A DNA stretch of 64,000 nucleotides from Paracoccaceae bacterium (GTDB lineage: Bacteria > Pseudomonadota > Alphaproteobacteria > Rhodobacterales > Rhodobacteraceae), in the NCBI GenBank assembly GCA_036479015.1, contig JAZGFB010000007.1, positions 12,670-76,669 of the forward strand, read 5' to 3'. Each line of letters begins with the position of its first letter. Position 1 is the stretch's first letter. The translations under genes and the position numbers were made by a program. Positions 9,351-20,225 of the stretch are shown piece by piece. The notes beneath the pieces were generated by a model. The model did not search any database. It saw only the letters and a program-made list of their open reading frames with translations, and was not told the origin of the DNA.

Positions 9351-10535
9351 TTTGTCAGTGACACCATCTGGCGCGGGCCACTGAATGCCCGCGTCCAGTA
9401 TTTTTAGCTCCCCCGACGGCAGCACATAATCTACCCGCAAGTTTCCGGGCCCGCCGTCGTCACGCCAATCGGCAGTGTCCAGCGCAGGGTTTCCAAACTG
9501 GCCAATATTGGCACCCCCTTGGGTGTGGGCCAAAACTTCCCCAATCGGGCTACTGGGTTTTGGATCTTGAACCAGATGACTTGCAAGCAGCGACCTGATG
9601 GCGGCTTTGCGACCTTCTCCGTCATTTGGGTCAAGGTTTGCATTGCCAAGTATGACAAAGTTTTCAGTTGGCGGCTCATAGGTGATATTCCCGCGCAGGT
9701 ACTGCAGCCAAAACATGTTTTCATCATAGTTCCTGCGGCCATTTTCATCATCAGGGCCGTCAAAAACTGGTGTGGTGGCGTGATAGGCCAAAATACGCAG
9801 CACTGTGCCATTTGGCAGCATTATGGGCACGTCCCAGTGGGCCACCGATGACAGTCGATATTGTGATTTTTGTCCGGGATCTGTTTCTGGATCGCGCCCT
9901 AACAGTGTTCCGGGCAGATCACCCCTTGGGAAAGTGGAAAAGTTTTGAACGGCGTCATGGTCAATGGGGAACTTTGACAACAAAGCCATGCCACCATGGC
10001 CTGCAAATTTCCCATATCCATGGGCGTCTTTTTCACTGCCAGTGCGCCCGTCATTGTTAAGATCAAGGCCTGTTTGCACCCCAGAATTGGGCGCAAGGGC
10101 AAATAAATGCGGGTATTCAGCACCAGCAGCCATGAGCCCGTCTGAGAATGCCTTTAGGGCATTGTTCCCCAGGTCATAGTCAAACCTGGTCAGTAATAAT
10201 ATATCGGGGTTTATCTCTGCAATGGCTGCAATACTGGCGTTTACGCGGCTGTCATTGCCGCTGAGAATATCGCGAAGCAACAGGCCTGGCCCGTCCCGCT
10301 TTAGCCCCACATGGAATGTGGCGATGCGGATTTTTTCTTGGGCACTGGTTTGGGCGGGGATTGTGAGCAGTATAGTTACGATCAGGTAACAAACAGACTG
10401 CCATCGTCGGTTTCTGCATCTGCGCTGGCGTATGTTTTTCGCCGCTTGGCCGCAATCATTTCCGCGACTTTTGCCAGTGCGATACCACGCATGAATAAAC
10501 TTGCCGGCAAAAATGCCCACGCTGAAACCGTCCAT
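9288..10535 (-). CDS. Exported endonuclease/exonuclease/phosphatase (EEP) family protein
   Basis: A signal-like segment (RNRRWQSVCYLIVTILLTIPAQTSAQE) is followed by an EEP-type core (IRIATFHVGL, PDILLLTRFDYD, VDYVLPS). The start is uncertain. The only in-frame ATG/GTG are at 10535 and 10520, which overlap the upstream gene by about 140-154 nt. Confidence 0.65.
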   Translation of the reverse strand: MDGFSVGIFAGKFIHAWYRTGKSRGNDCGQAAKNIRQRRCRNRRWQSVCYLIVTILLTIPAQTSAQEKIRIATFHVGLKRDGPGLLLRDILSGNDSRVNASIAAIAEINPDILLLTRFDYDLGNNALKAFSDGLMAAGAEYPHLFALAPNSGVQTGLDLNNDGRTGSEKDAHGYGKFAGHGGMALLSKFPIDHDAVQNFSTFPRGDLPGTLLGRDPETDPGQKSQYRLSSVAHWDVPIMLPNGTVLRILAYHATTPVFDGPDDENGRRNYDENMFWLQYLRGNITYEPPTENFVILGNANLDPNDGEGRKAAIRSLLASHLVQDPKPSSPIGEVLAHTQGGANIGQFGNPALDTADWRDDGGPGNLRVDYVLPSGELKILDAGIQWPAPDGVTDKLGQQGSSLSWHGLVWVDVGW

Positions 10536-11233
10536 ATTAGGGTTTGCGGATTGTCCAGCGTTACCGCCCCAAACAATGACGCCGCCGCTTTAACTGCGAC
10601 TGGTGTCAAAAATGGCAGTAAAAACCCTAATGCAATGTTAACACGGGCGTCTCTTTCAAGGCGGCTAACCACATCTGACCCGGCTGTTGGGTCAAATGTT
10701 GGCAGGTTTACCCAGACGTTGAAGCTGCCATTTACCGACGGCCAGTTCTGCAATCGAAGGACAATCAAGAATATCCCAAGAGTCAAAAGGGAAATTAGAT
10801 AGCTCATGCCAGCTGTGGTTCGCACCAGATCAATGTGCGTGGCGCTGGTGTTTTCTGGAAGCATTAAGAGGACCAGGCGCACCGGGCTATAGGGGAAATC
10901 TATGGCGTATCCGACCAACCCGCCGATGGCCTGAATGAACTGGGTCAGGGTCGTTGGTTCATAATTGCCGCGCGCAATCAGGCTAAGCAGAAATACGGTG
11001 GCAAAAAGCGACAGGAAGCGAATGCGGTTGAACGGCGGCGCGTCGCGAAATTCAATCATTCCGGGGTAGCTGGAGGCGTATTCAAATATCGTGAAAGCGG
11101 CGCCAAATATGGCGACCAAAGCAACGATCTGCTTTCCGTCTGCGCTTACGCCAGGGAGCAACAAGGACGGCGTTGCAACCAGCAACACGACCATAATAGC
11201 CCGCACAACAGCACCTGATAGCCGCGAAATCAC
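10382..11233 (-). CDS. Multi-pass membrane protein of unknown function
   Basis: 283 aa with several long hydrophobic segments. I recognised no motif. Confidence 0.6.
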   Translation of the reverse strand: MISRLSGAVVRAIMVVLLVATPSLLLPGVSADGKQIVALVAIFGAAFTIFEYASSYPGMIEFRDAPPFNRIRFLSLFATVFLLSLIARGNYEPTTLTQFIQAIGGLVGYAIDFPYSPVRLVLLMLPENTSATHIDLVRTTAGMSYLISLLTLGIFLIVLRLQNWPSVNGSFNVWVNLPTFDPTAGSDVVSRLERDARVNIALGFLLPFLTPVAVKAAASLFGAVTLDNPQTLIWTVSAWAFLPASLFMRGIALAKVAEMIAAKRRKTYASADAETDDGSLFVT

Positions 11234-11487
11234 GTCTCTATTCCCTCAAAATGGCCGAGCGCAGTACTATGCTGCACTCTGTTTCCGTTTTGATCCCACC
11301 AATTAAGGCGGGTTGCCTCACAATTGCCCAATTTCTGCCTTCTTTCATATCTTCCAGCAAGTAACTGTCAGATAAATAGAAAGTTTAAGGCAAAATCGTG
11401 GAGAAACTGGTGCGGCTTTGCATCAATTTGTTGACACTTTAAGGTCGGCCCTTTGGTTAACTACCATATCTTGTATGTCTGCCCGTT

Positions 11488-12093
11488 TTAGACCCAAGGT
11501 CTTAGCGGCGCTGACTTTGCTTCATATTCATCAATGCTATTGGATTTCTCAAAAGTCAGCCCAATATCGTCCAAACCATTGAGCAAGCAGTGCTTTTGGA
11601 AGGCATCAACTTCAAATGAAATGGTGTCACCATCGGATGTGGTGATCTCTTGGGACACCAGATCAATGGATATTTTCGCATTTGCGCCTTTTTCAGAATC
11701 CGCCATCAAAAGCTTTACCTGCTCGGGCGGCAAAACCACCGGCAAAATACCATTTTTTAGGCAGTTGTTGAAAAAGATATCCGCGAAGCTGGTGGAAACA
11801 ACGCAACGAATGCCAAAATCTAACAATGCCCAAGGCGCATGTTCGCGCGACGATCCACAGCCGAAATTGTCACCGGCAATAATGATCTGAGCGTTTCTAT
11901 AAGCCGGTTTGTTCAGCACGAATTCTGGTATCTCAGAGCCATCGTCGCCATAGCGCATTTCATCAAAAAGATTGACGCCAAGGCCGCTTCTTTTGATGGT
12001 TTTTAGAAACTGCTTTGGAATGATCATATCGGTGTCGATATTTATCAGCGACATCGGGGCCGCCACGGCAGTTAGTTTTTCAAACTTTTCCAT
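11488..12093 (-). CDS. leuD: 3-isopropylmalate dehydratase small subunit
   Basis: Contains [17 protein letters not shown]. 201 aa. Its start codon (12091..12093) abuts or overlaps the leuC stop codon (12093..12095). Confidence 0.95.
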   Translation of the reverse strand: MEKFEKLTAVAAPMSLINIDTDMIIPKQFLKTIKRSGLGVNLFDEMRYGDDGSEIPEFVLNKPAYRNAQIIIAGDNFGCGSSREHAPWALLDFGIRCVVSTSFADIFFNNCLKNGILPVVLPPEQVKLLMADSEKGANAKISIDLVSQEITTSDGDTISFEVDAFQKHCLLNGLDDIGLTFEKSNSIDEYEAKSAPLRPWV

Positions 12094-13499
12094 TACAAAA
12101 CTTTCCTTATATCTGTCAGCCGGCCTGTGAGCGCGGCTGCGGCTGCCATCTGTGGTGAAACCAGATGTGTGCGACCGCCCCGGCCCTGTCGGCCTTCGAA
12201 ATTTCGGTTACTGGTGGCTGCGCAGCGCTCCCCTGGTGCCAGCTGATCCGGGTTCATTGCCAGACACATGGAGCATCCGGCCAAGCGCCAGTCAAACCCT
12301 GCGTCAGTGAATATCTGCGCCAGACCTTCTTTTTCGGCCTGGGCCCGCACCAGACCGGAGCCCGGCACGATCATGGCCCGCATACCGGCCTTTATTTTCT
12401 TGCCTTTAACGATCTCGGCAACGGCGCGGAAATCTTCTATGCGCCCGTTGGTACAGGACCCGATGAACACCGTATCAATTTCAATATCGGTCAGCTTCAT
12501 GCCGGGGGTCAGCCCCATATAGTCAAGCGCCCGCGACACGGCTTTGGATTTGCCTTCATCGAAGTCGTCGGGCGACGGGATCGTGGCCGAAATCGGCAGC
12601 ACGTCTTCGGGCGATGTTCCCCAGGTTACCAGGGGTTCAATATCTTCGGCCTTTAGCGTCAGTACCTTGTCAAATACCGCGTCTTCGTCAGTGAACAGGG
12701 TTTGCCACCACGACACCGCATCATCCCATTGCTGCGGAGTTGGGGCATGGGGGCGGCCTTTTACATAGTCATAGGTTGTTTGGTCGGGCGCAATAAGCCC
12801 GGCGCGGGCGCCGCCCTCAATGGCCATGTTGCAGACTGTCATGCGACCTTCCATTGAAAGATCGCGGATGGCCTGGCCACAATATTCGATGACGTACCCG
12901 GTGCCCCCGGCGGTGCCAGTGGCCCCGATAACGGCCATGGTGATGTCTTTTGCCGTTACCCCAGGGTGCAGGTGGCCGGTGATTTCGACCTTCATATTCA
13001 GGGATTTTTTCTGAATGAGAGTTTGGGTGGCAAGAACATGTTCAACTTCTGATGTGCCAATACCATGGGCCAACGCGCCAAACGCCCCGTGGGTGGCTGT
13101 GTGGCTGTCGCCGCAAACAACAGTCATGCCCGGTAGTGTCCAGCCCTGTTCGGGGCCAACAATATGCACGATACCCTGGCGCACATCGTCCACCGGGTAA
13201 TAGTGAATGCCAAATTCCTTGGCGTTTTTGTCCAGCTCTTCTACCTGTATCCGGCTTTCTTCATTCTTGATTCCCAACGCGCGATCGGTCGTCGTGGGAA
13301 CATTATGATCCGGCACCGCAATGGTTTTTTCCGGGGCGCGAACCGTGCGCCCGGCATTGCGCAGGCCTTCAAATGCCTGGGGGCTGGTCACTTCGTGCAC
13401 CAGGTGCCTGTCGATATACAACAGGCTGGTGCCGTCTTCTGTTGCATGCACCAAATGGGCATCCCAGATTTTATCATAGAGTGTTTTTGCGGTTGTCAT
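12093..13499 (-). CDS. leuC: 3-isopropylmalate dehydratase large subunit
   Basis: Aconitase-family motifs are present ([37 protein letters not shown]). 468 aa. Confidence 0.95.
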   Translation of the reverse strand: MTTAKTLYDKIWDAHLVHATEDGTSLLYIDRHLVHEVTSPQAFEGLRNAGRTVRAPEKTIAVPDHNVPTTTDRALGIKNEESRIQVEELDKNAKEFGIHYYPVDDVRQGIVHIVGPEQGWTLPGMTVVCGDSHTATHGAFGALAHGIGTSEVEHVLATQTLIQKKSLNMKVEITGHLHPGVTAKDITMAVIGATGTAGGTGYVIEYCGQAIRDLSMEGRMTVCNMAIEGGARAGLIAPDQTTYDYVKGRPHAPTPQQWDDAVSWWQTLFTDEDAVFDKVLTLKAEDIEPLVTWGTSPEDVLPISATIPSPDDFDEGKSKAVSRALDYMGLTPGMKLTDIEIDTVFIGSCTNGRIEDFRAVAEIVKGKKIKAGMRAMIVPGSGLVRAQAEKEGLAQIFTDAGFDWRLAGCSMCLAMNPDQLAPGERCAATSNRNFEGRQGRGGRTHLVSPQMAAAAALTGRLTDIRKVL

Positions 13500-13766
13500 T
13501 GGGTTTTACCTTTGAGTTTTAAGGAGAGTCAGCGGATTTGGCGTTCGAAAACTATGCCAAATCCGGCTGGCCTCGGCCGTCATTACAAAAGCGCCAGGGC
13601 AGACGGGTATGATCATCCATGTCAAAAACGCGTTTCATACACGCGCAGTATCGTGTCATTCAGAGGCCTTCAAGGGGGGTGACAAAACCACCTTGCGGTT
13701 GGGGCAAAGCAACTTGGCTTGCTATCCCTGACATCGCCGTGTCACAGTTTGCCAGAGGGGACGAAT

Positions 13767-15095
13767 ATGGAAACTGAAATCCAAGCGGTGCTGGAACAAT
13801 CTGTTTCGCTTTGGTCAAGCATTACCGCACGCTTTGCCGGGCTGTCATTGTTGCGTGGCCAGATCCAGATCGCAATTTTGATCGGTTGCTTTGCAGTGGC
13901 GTTTGCCATGCGCAGTTGGTTCGGGCCCAAAATACACGATTGGATGCGGGCGCGGGATGGCTGGCCAAAATGGCGGCTGCGGCTGTTGGTCATTGCCCAT
14001 AAGCGGCTGCAACTTATCTTTTTTGTGCTGCTGGCCTGGGGCGCGAATGCGATTATGGCGCAGATAAAGGTGTTTCCGTCCTGGCGAAATTTTCTGGTGC
14101 TGTTTGCCAGCATCGCCACCGCCTGGTTGTTGGTTAGTCTTGCCGCCCGGCTGATACATAACCCATTGCTGCGACGCGTAGTCACCTGGAGCGTGACAAT
14201 TTACGTGACGCTGTTTTATCTGGGCCTGCTTGTACCGTTCTCGACGTTCCTTGACGGATTGGCCATTCAGTTCGGCGAATTCCGCCTGTCGGTTCTGGCC
14301 ATCGTTAAGGCGTTGGTTGTCACGGGTATTTTGTTCGCTATGGCGCGCGCCCTGTCGACGGGGGCAAGCAAGCGCATCCGGGACAGTCGCGATATTTCAC
14401 CGTCCATGCAGGTGCTTATGACCAAGGCCCTGCAAATTGGCCTGTATGGGGCCGCATTTTTCATTGGGTTAAAGGCGGTCGGGTTTGACCTGACGGGTCT
14501 GGCGGTGCTGTCAGGTGCCATTGGTATCGGCTTGGGTTTTGGTCTGCAAAAAGTGGTGTCTAACCTGGTTTCCGGGGTCATCATTCTGTTGGATAAATCG
14601 ATTAAACCGGGGGATGTTATTTCGTTGGGGGAAACCTTTGGGTGGATCAACACACTGGGCGCGCGCTATGTATCAGTTGTCACCCGAGATGGCCGTGAAT
14701 TCCTGATCCCCAATGAGGATTTGATCACATCACAGGTGGTGAACTGGTCCCATTCAAACGACTTTGTTAGGTTGGATATCCCGTTTGGCACCGCATATTC
14801 TGATGACCCGCATAAGGTGCGAAAACTGGCCATTGAAGCCGCTAAAGGCGTGACCCGCGTGCTAAGCCATAAGTCCCCGGTCTGCCACATCGTCGGTTTT
14901 GGCGACAGTTCTGTGGATTACCTGCTGCGGTTTTGGATAAAGGACCCCACCGGCGGGCTGACCAATATTCGGGGCAATGTGTATTTGGCCCTGTGGGACA
15001 AATTCAAAGAAAATGACATATCGTTCCCGTTCCCACAGCGCGAAGTGCGGATGTTGGGCGGTGAGGGCCCGAAAGTGGATGCTGCCGTTGACTGA
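13767..15095 (+). CDS. Mechanosensitive ion channel (MscS family)
   Basis: N-terminal TM helices are followed by the MscS core (GIGLGFGLQKVVSNLVSGVIILLDKSIKPGDVI). I take the start at ATG 13767 rather than the TTG at 13719. Confidence 0.85.
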   Translation: METEIQAVLEQSVSLWSSITARFAGLSLLRGQIQIAILIGCFAVAFAMRSWFGPKIHDWMRARDGWPKWRLRLLVIAHKRLQLIFFVLLAWGANAIMAQIKVFPSWRNFLVLFASIATAWLLVSLAARLIHNPLLRRVVTWSVTIYVTLFYLGLLVPFSTFLDGLAIQFGEFRLSVLAIVKALVVTGILFAMARALSTGASKRIRDSRDISPSMQVLMTKALQIGLYGAAFFIGLKAVGFDLTGLAVLSGAIGIGLGFGLQKVVSNLVSGVIILLDKSIKPGDVISLGETFGWINTLGARYVSVVTRDGREFLIPNEDLITSQVVNWSHSNDFVRLDIPFGTAYSDDPHKVRKLAIEAAKGVTRVLSHKSPVCHIVGFGDSSVDYLLRFWIKDPTGGLTNIRGNVYLALWDKFKENDISFPFPQREVRMLGGEGPKVDAAVD

Positions 15096-15199
15096 TTTGG
15101 GTAGGCCCGGAACCTGACGGTTTAGTAATTAATTTACTAACGTTTGTTGAGAATCCGCCGCGCCGATGTTACCTATTGACTAAGGCCCGCACCGGGGGC

Positions 15200-15646
15200 A
15201 TGTCGGTGCTGATTAAAGGGGAACCGACTCCTGTCAAACAATCTCAGGTACCGCGCAAAGTGACCGCTTCCAAGCCAACAAAAAAACGTAGCAGCAAGAG
15301 ACCTGGTGGTGATCGGCTTCTAAAGTTTGTTCTGTCGTGTCTTAACGAAGACAAAGCCGAAGATATTGTGTCGATTGATCTGGATGGCAAATCTGAAATC
15401 GCAGATTTCATGGTGGTGTGTTCCGGGCGGTCAACCCGCCAGGTTACCGCGCTGGCTGAGAAAGTCGGCGATAAGATTAAGCACGAATTCAACGTGATTA
15501 GCAAAATCGAAGGCAAAGATCAGGGCGACTGGGTGCTGGTTGATGCAGGCGACGTGATTGTCCATATTTTCCGCCCTGAAGTTCGGGAATTTTATCAGCT
15601 TGAAAAGCTGTGGACGGATCTTGGGCAGCCCGCCAAGAATACTTGA
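15200..15646 (+). CDS. rsfS: Ribosome silencing factor RsfS (iojap-like)
   Basis: RsfS core is present (DIVSIDLDGKSEIADFMVVCSGRSTRQVTALAEKV ... WVLVDAGDVIVHIF). Its stop overlaps the rlmH start (ATGA). The basic N-terminal extension makes the start uncertain (15176 TTG or 15200 ATG). Confidence 0.85.
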   Translation: MSVLIKGEPTPVKQSQVPRKVTASKPTKKRSSKRPGGDRLLKFVLSCLNEDKAEDIVSIDLDGKSEIADFMVVCSGRSTRQVTALAEKVGDKIKHEFNVISKIEGKDQGDWVLVDAGDVIVHIFRPEVREFYQLEKLWTDLGQPAKNT

Positions 15647-16116
15647 TGAAAATCAATATCTGCGCTGTTGGCCGTTTGAAGTCAGGACCGGAAAGGTCGT
15701 TGATAGATGATTACAGCAGCAGATTTGATCGCACCGGCCGCGCCTTGGGGTTGGGCCCGCTAAATATTATCGAAATTGAAGATCGTAACAACGGTGGCCT
15801 GCCTGTCGAGGCGGCGCTGTTGGAAAAGGCCAGCCCCGCCGGATCAATATTATGTGCGCTGGATGAGCATGGGCCGATGATTAGTTCACCGGAATTTGCG
15901 GATAAGTTGGCCAGGTGGCGCGATTTCGGCAATGCCCAGGTGACATTCATTATTGGCGGGGCTGATGGCATCCATCCTGATCTGCTGGCCAAAGCCGAAA
16001 CCAAGATTTCATTGGGAAAAATGGTTTGGCCGCATATGTTGGCCCGGGTCATGCTGGCTGAGCAATTGTACCGCGCTGCAAGCATTCTTGCGGGCAAACC
16101 CTATCACCGATACTAA
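15646..16116 (+). CDS. rlmH: 23S rRNA (pseudouridine1915-N3)-methyltransferase
   Basis: 156 aa SPOUT protein (MKINICAVGRLK ..., FIIGGADG, SLGKMVWPHMLARVML). The rsfS-rlmH pairing is conserved. Confidence 0.9.
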   Translation: MKINICAVGRLKSGPERSLIDDYSSRFDRTGRALGLGPLNIIEIEDRNNGGLPVEAALLEKASPAGSILCALDEHGPMISSPEFADKLARWRDFGNAQVTFIIGGADGIHPDLLAKAETKISLGKMVWPHMLARVMLAEQLYRAASILAGKPYHRY

Positions 16117-16209
16117 CGGCTTACATTTTTCAGGCATTCATTCTGATGGATTGATATGCTTTTTTCACGGGGCACCGCGTGCCTGCCACAACTGTCAAAA
16201 GGGTCACCG

Positions 16210-17733
16210 ATGCAGACACCAAAACCGGTCATACTATGTATTCTTGATGGCTGGGGTGACAGCGACAGCCGTGAAGGCAACGCCCCAAAGCTGGCCGATA
16301 CACCGGTATTTGATCAGCTTAGGGCCAGCTGCCCGAACGCCAGCCTAATAACACACGGGCCAGATGTGGGGCTGCCGGCGGGCCAAATGGGCAATTCCGA
16401 AGTCGGCCACACCAACATTGGTGCCGGGCGGGTTGTGGCGATGGACCTTGGCCAAATTGATCTGGCCATTGAAGACGGTTCATTTTTCCAAAACCCGGAA
16501 TTGCTGAAATTCAGTGCCAAGTTGAAAGAAACCGGCGGGGCAGCGCACCTGTTGGGCGTGGTGTCAGACGGTGGCGTCCATGGCCATATTAACCATATGA
16601 AAGCCGCGGTGAAGGCGCTGACAGATGCCGGGGTGCAGGTGGTGATCCATGCGGTGACTGATGGGCGCGATGTGGCACCTGTGTCGGCGGAGAAATATTT
16701 TGATGACTTAGAGAAGGACCTGCCAGCGGGCGTTCGCATTGCAACTTTGTCGGGCCGGTATTTCGCGCTTGACCGGGACAACCGGTGGGAACGGGTCAAC
16801 AAAGCCTATCGGACAATTGTCAGTGGTGAGGGCGAACACCATGCGGGGGCCAGCACGGCGGACGTGCTGGAAAGTGCGTATAACGCAGGCGTAACTGATG
16901 AGTTCATTCCGCCAACGGTGTTGGGGGATTATGCGGGGTTTCTGGATGGCGACGGGTTGTTTTGCCTGAATTTTCGCGCTGATCGGGCCCGTGAAATTTT
17001 GGCGGCCATCGGTGCGCCGGGGTTTGACGGGTTTGCTACAGGGACCCGGCCCAAACTGGCCGCGATGCTGGGCATGGTCGATTATTCCCAATCCCACAGC
17101 CAATACATGACCGCCTGTTACCCGAAACCGACCCTTAAGAACACGCTGGGGCATTGGGTGGCAAAGCAAGGCCTGACGCAATTTCGCATCGCTGAAACCG
17201 AAAAGTACCCCCATGTGACGTTCTTTCTAAACGGCGGGGTCGAAGCGCCCGAAACCGGTGAAATACGCTTTATGCCCCCCAGTCCGAAAGTCGCGACATA
17301 TGACATACAGCCAGAAATGTCCGCCGGTGATGTGACCGATAATTTGGTTGATGCCATTGGCTCGGGTTACGATCTTATTGTGGTGAACTACGCCAACCCT
17401 GACATGGTTGGGCATACCGGCGATGTGGCGGCGGCAGTTGCTGCCTGTGAAGCTGTGGATCAGGGGTTGGCGCGGGTTGTGGACGCAGTCAAAGCCGCGG
17501 GTGGCGCGATGATTGTGACGGCAGATCACGGTAATTGTGAAACCATGATTGACCCGATAACGGGTGAACCCCACACGTCCCACACCACCAATTTGGTGCC
17601 TGTCATTGTTCTGGGTGCACCCGATAATTCCACTATGCGGTCGGGCCGTTTGGCCGACCTTGCACCGACTTTGCTTGATCTGATGAACCTGCCAACGCCA
17701 GCAGAAATGACCGGGGAAAGTCTGTTGTCCTGA
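16210..17733 (+). CDS. gpmI: 2,3-bisphosphoglycerate-independent phosphoglycerate mutase
   Basis: Contains ILDGWG, GNSEVGHTNIGAGR and TADHGNCE. I take the start at ATG 16210 (residue 19 of the track ORF). Confidence 0.95.
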   Translation: MQTPKPVILCILDGWGDSDSREGNAPKLADTPVFDQLRASCPNASLITHGPDVGLPAGQMGNSEVGHTNIGAGRVVAMDLGQIDLAIEDGSFFQNPELLKFSAKLKETGGAAHLLGVVSDGGVHGHINHMKAAVKALTDAGVQVVIHAVTDGRDVAPVSAEKYFDDLEKDLPAGVRIATLSGRYFALDRDNRWERVNKAYRTIVSGEGEHHAGASTADVLESAYNAGVTDEFIPPTVLGDYAGFLDGDGLFCLNFRADRAREILAAIGAPGFDGFATGTRPKLAAMLGMVDYSQSHSQYMTACYPKPTLKNTLGHWVAKQGLTQFRIAETEKYPHVTFFLNGGVEAPETGEIRFMPPSPKVATYDIQPEMSAGDVTDNLVDAIGSGYDLIVVNYANPDMVGHTGDVAAAVAACEAVDQGLARVVDAVKAAGGAMIVTADHGNCETMIDPITGEPHTSHTTNLVPVIVLGAPDNSTMRSGRLADLAPTLLDLMNLPTPAEMTGESLLS

Positions 17734-18869
17734 TGAATAAGATACTGGTTAGTCTGCAAATATTGAGCCTTATTGCACTGCCGGCCTTTGCCGCAAGTGG
17801 CCCGGCTGAGCTGGCCCGTAAGGCTATGGAAAACCTGGATCAGGCGCATTTATCACTGGGTGAAGCATCTGGCGCCAATGACCGGGTGCGCGCCCTTAGC
17901 CAGGCCATTCGCGCGTTTGAGCAGGGGCTTAATGCCCTGCGTGACAGCCTGCGTCGCACCGCCCTGCAAGAGGCCGCATTGACCCGAGAATTTGAAGCCG
18001 AAAGCCAAAGCGTGTCACAATTGCTGGGCGTCTTACTGTCAATTGACGCATCAACCGGGCCGGTAAGTTTGCTGCACCCAACCGGCCCCTTGGGGGCGGC
18101 GCGCTCTGGTATGATTGTTTCTGAAATTACGCCAGCCATACAAGCCGAGGCCGACGCCATACGCCGAATTCTTGAAGAGGTGACACAGTTGCGAAGCCTG
18201 CAACTGGATGCGGCGACAACCCTGAAATCAGGGTTAACAGGCCTGCAAAATGCCCGGACCAGTCTGAACCAGGCAATTTCCGAGCGCACCCAATTACCAA
18301 AAAGATATCTTGCCGACCCAGCAAATATTCAGAGCCTGATTAACAGCGCCGAAACCCTGGACGGGTTTGCAAGCGGGCTGGTCGAAATTGACTATACCCA
18401 AGATGCGGCCACCGGGATCAGGCAATTCTCTGATGCACAGGGCACGCTGTCATTGCCGGTCTCTGGCCAGATGTTGCGCAAGTTCAACGAATTTGATGCA
18501 GCTGGTGTAAGTCGCCCCGGTCTGGTTATTGCCACCCGACCCCAAGCATTGGTGACAGCGCCCTGGCCCGCGACACTGCGTTATAGTGGGCCGCTATTAG
18601 ACTACGGAAATGTGATAATACTTGAACCTGATTCAGGCACGCTTTTGGTGTTGGCGGGGTTGGAAACCGTGTATGGTGAAGCTGGGCAAGTACTTGCCCT
18701 TGATGATGCTCTTGGGTTAATGGGTGGATCTGCGCCGGACCCGAACGGGTTTATTGACAACACGTCAAGCGCCCCCGGTTCCGAAGCGACAGAAACGCTT
18801 TATATAGAGTTGCGATTGAACGGTAAGCCGGTTGACCCGGCGATCTGGTTTAAACAGACAAAGGAATAA
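17733..18869 (+). CDS. Murein hydrolase activator, EnvC-like (coiled coil plus degenerate M23/LytM domain)
   Basis: It has a signal peptide, a long Q/A/L-rich coiled-coil region and a C-terminal LytM-like fold without obvious metal ligands. Its position between gpmI and ctpA is conserved. The ATG overlaps the gpmI stop. Confidence 0.75.
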   Translation: MNKILVSLQILSLIALPAFAASGPAELARKAMENLDQAHLSLGEASGANDRVRALSQAIRAFEQGLNALRDSLRRTALQEAALTREFEAESQSVSQLLGVLLSIDASTGPVSLLHPTGPLGAARSGMIVSEITPAIQAEADAIRRILEEVTQLRSLQLDAATTLKSGLTGLQNARTSLNQAISERTQLPKRYLADPANIQSLINSAETLDGFASGLVEIDYTQDAATGIRQFSDAQGTLSLPVSGQMLRKFNEFDAAGVSRPGLVIATRPQALVTAPWPATLRYSGPLLDYGNVIILEPDSGTLLVLAGLETVYGEAGQVLALDDALGLMGGSAPDPNGFIDNTSSAPGSEATETLYIELRLNGKPVDPAIWFKQTKE

Positions 18870-18876
18870 CCAAAAG

Positions 18877-20211
18877 ATGAAGAAATTCGCTATGGCCGCA
18901 GTTGGTGGCATTATTGCCGGTACAGTTCTGACAACCCAGATTGCCGGCCCGCTTTTGGCGCAGGAAAGCCAGCGAAATGCATCCGTCTATGAGCAGCTTG
19001 ATCTTTTTGGTGATATTTTTGAGCGTATCCGCGCGCAATACGTGGAAGAAGTTGATGAAAGCGACCTGATTGAGGCCGCGATTAACGGTATGCTGACCTC
19101 ACTTGATCCCCATTCCAGCTATCTGTCCCCTGACGACGCCACTGACATGCGTGAGCAAACGCGCGGCGAATTTGGCGGGCTGGGCATCGAAGTTACCCAC
19201 GAAGAAGGCTTTGTGAAAGTTATTACACCAATGGACGACACCCCGGCCGACAGGGCGGGAATAGAGGCCGGAGATTTTATCACCCATGTAAACGGGGAAA
19301 GCCTGCTGGGCCTGGGGCTGGATGAGGCGGTTGTGCTGATGAAGGGCCCCATTGGGTCGGAAATTATCATCACGGTCGTGCGTGAAGATGTTGATGAACC
19401 GTTTGACGTTTCGATTGTCCGCGACACGATCAAATTGACGGCTGTGCGCAGCCGCGCCGAAGGTAACAGCGTGGTTATGCGCATCGCGACGTTCAACGAT
19501 CAGACCTATCCCAACCTTGCTGACGGGATCGCCAAAACAATTGAAGAACTGGGCGGCATTGAAAATGTCGACGGTTTCGTGATTGATCTGCGCAACAACC
19601 CCGGCGGTTTGTTGAACCAGGCAATCAGGGTTTCTGATGCGTTTCTGAACGCTGGTGAAATTGTTTCGACGCGGGGGCGTGATCCGCAAAGTGGTGATCG
19701 TTACAATGCCGTGGAGGGTGATCTTGCCCAGGGGTTGCCGGTTGTGGTTTTGATCAATGGCGGCTCTGCTTCAGCCTCTGAAATTGTTGCCGGTGCTTTG
19801 CAGGACCACCGGCGCGCCATCATTGTTGGCACTAAGAGCTTTGGCAAAGGGTCGGTGCAGACGGTTATGCCACTGCGGTCTGATGGCGCCATGCGGCTGA
19901 CAACTGCACGCTATTATACGCCTTCTGGGCGTTCAATTCAGGCGCTTGGGGTGTCACCGGATATCATAGTTGAACAACCCCGCCGCAAGCCACCGTCAGA
20001 GGATGCAGAGGATACCGGTCGGCGCGACCGGACCGAGGCCGACCTGCGCGGATCGTTAAACAACGACAGCCTGACCGAAGATGAGATTGCCCAAATTGAA
20101 GCCGACCGCGCCGCTGCTAAGGCCGCCGCAAAGCTGCGGGACAATGATTTTCAACTGGCCTATGCAATTGACATCTTAAAGGGGTTATCTGCCCTCAATT
20201 TCCAAAAATAG
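18877..20211 (+). CDS. ctpA: Carboxy-terminal processing protease (S41)
   Basis: Contains a PDZ region, [21 protein letters not shown] and [10 protein letters not shown] take the start at ATG 18877. Confidence 0.9.
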   Translation: MKKFAMAAVGGIIAGTVLTTQIAGPLLAQESQRNASVYEQLDLFGDIFERIRAQYVEEVDESDLIEAAINGMLTSLDPHSSYLSPDDATDMREQTRGEFGGLGIEVTHEEGFVKVITPMDDTPADRAGIEAGDFITHVNGESLLGLGLDEAVVLMKGPIGSEIIITVVREDVDEPFDVSIVRDTIKLTAVRSRAEGNSVVMRIATFNDQTYPNLADGIAKTIEELGGIENVDGFVIDLRNNPGGLLNQAIRVSDAFLNAGEIVSTRGRDPQSGDRYNAVEGDLAQGLPVVVLINGGSASASEIVAGALQDHRRAIIVGTKSFGKGSVQTVMPLRSDGAMRLTTARYYTPSGRSIQALGVSPDIIVEQPRRKPPSEDAEDTGRRDRTEADLRGSLNNDSLTEDEIAQIEADRAAAKAAAKLRDNDFQLAYAIDILKGLSALNFQK

Positions 20212-20225
20212 ACGGCCGTTTACAT

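Noticed and set aside
13500-13700. Leucine-attenuator-type leader upstream of leuCD. There is a 10-bp hairpin (CGGATTTGGC / GCCAAATCCG) at 13533..13565, and a 35-codon upstream ORF ending in its loop.
   Set aside because: The upstream ORF has no run of Leu codons, and the hairpin is not followed by a U-tract on the leuC strand. It is not a classical attenuator. The hairpin itself is real but of unknown meaning.
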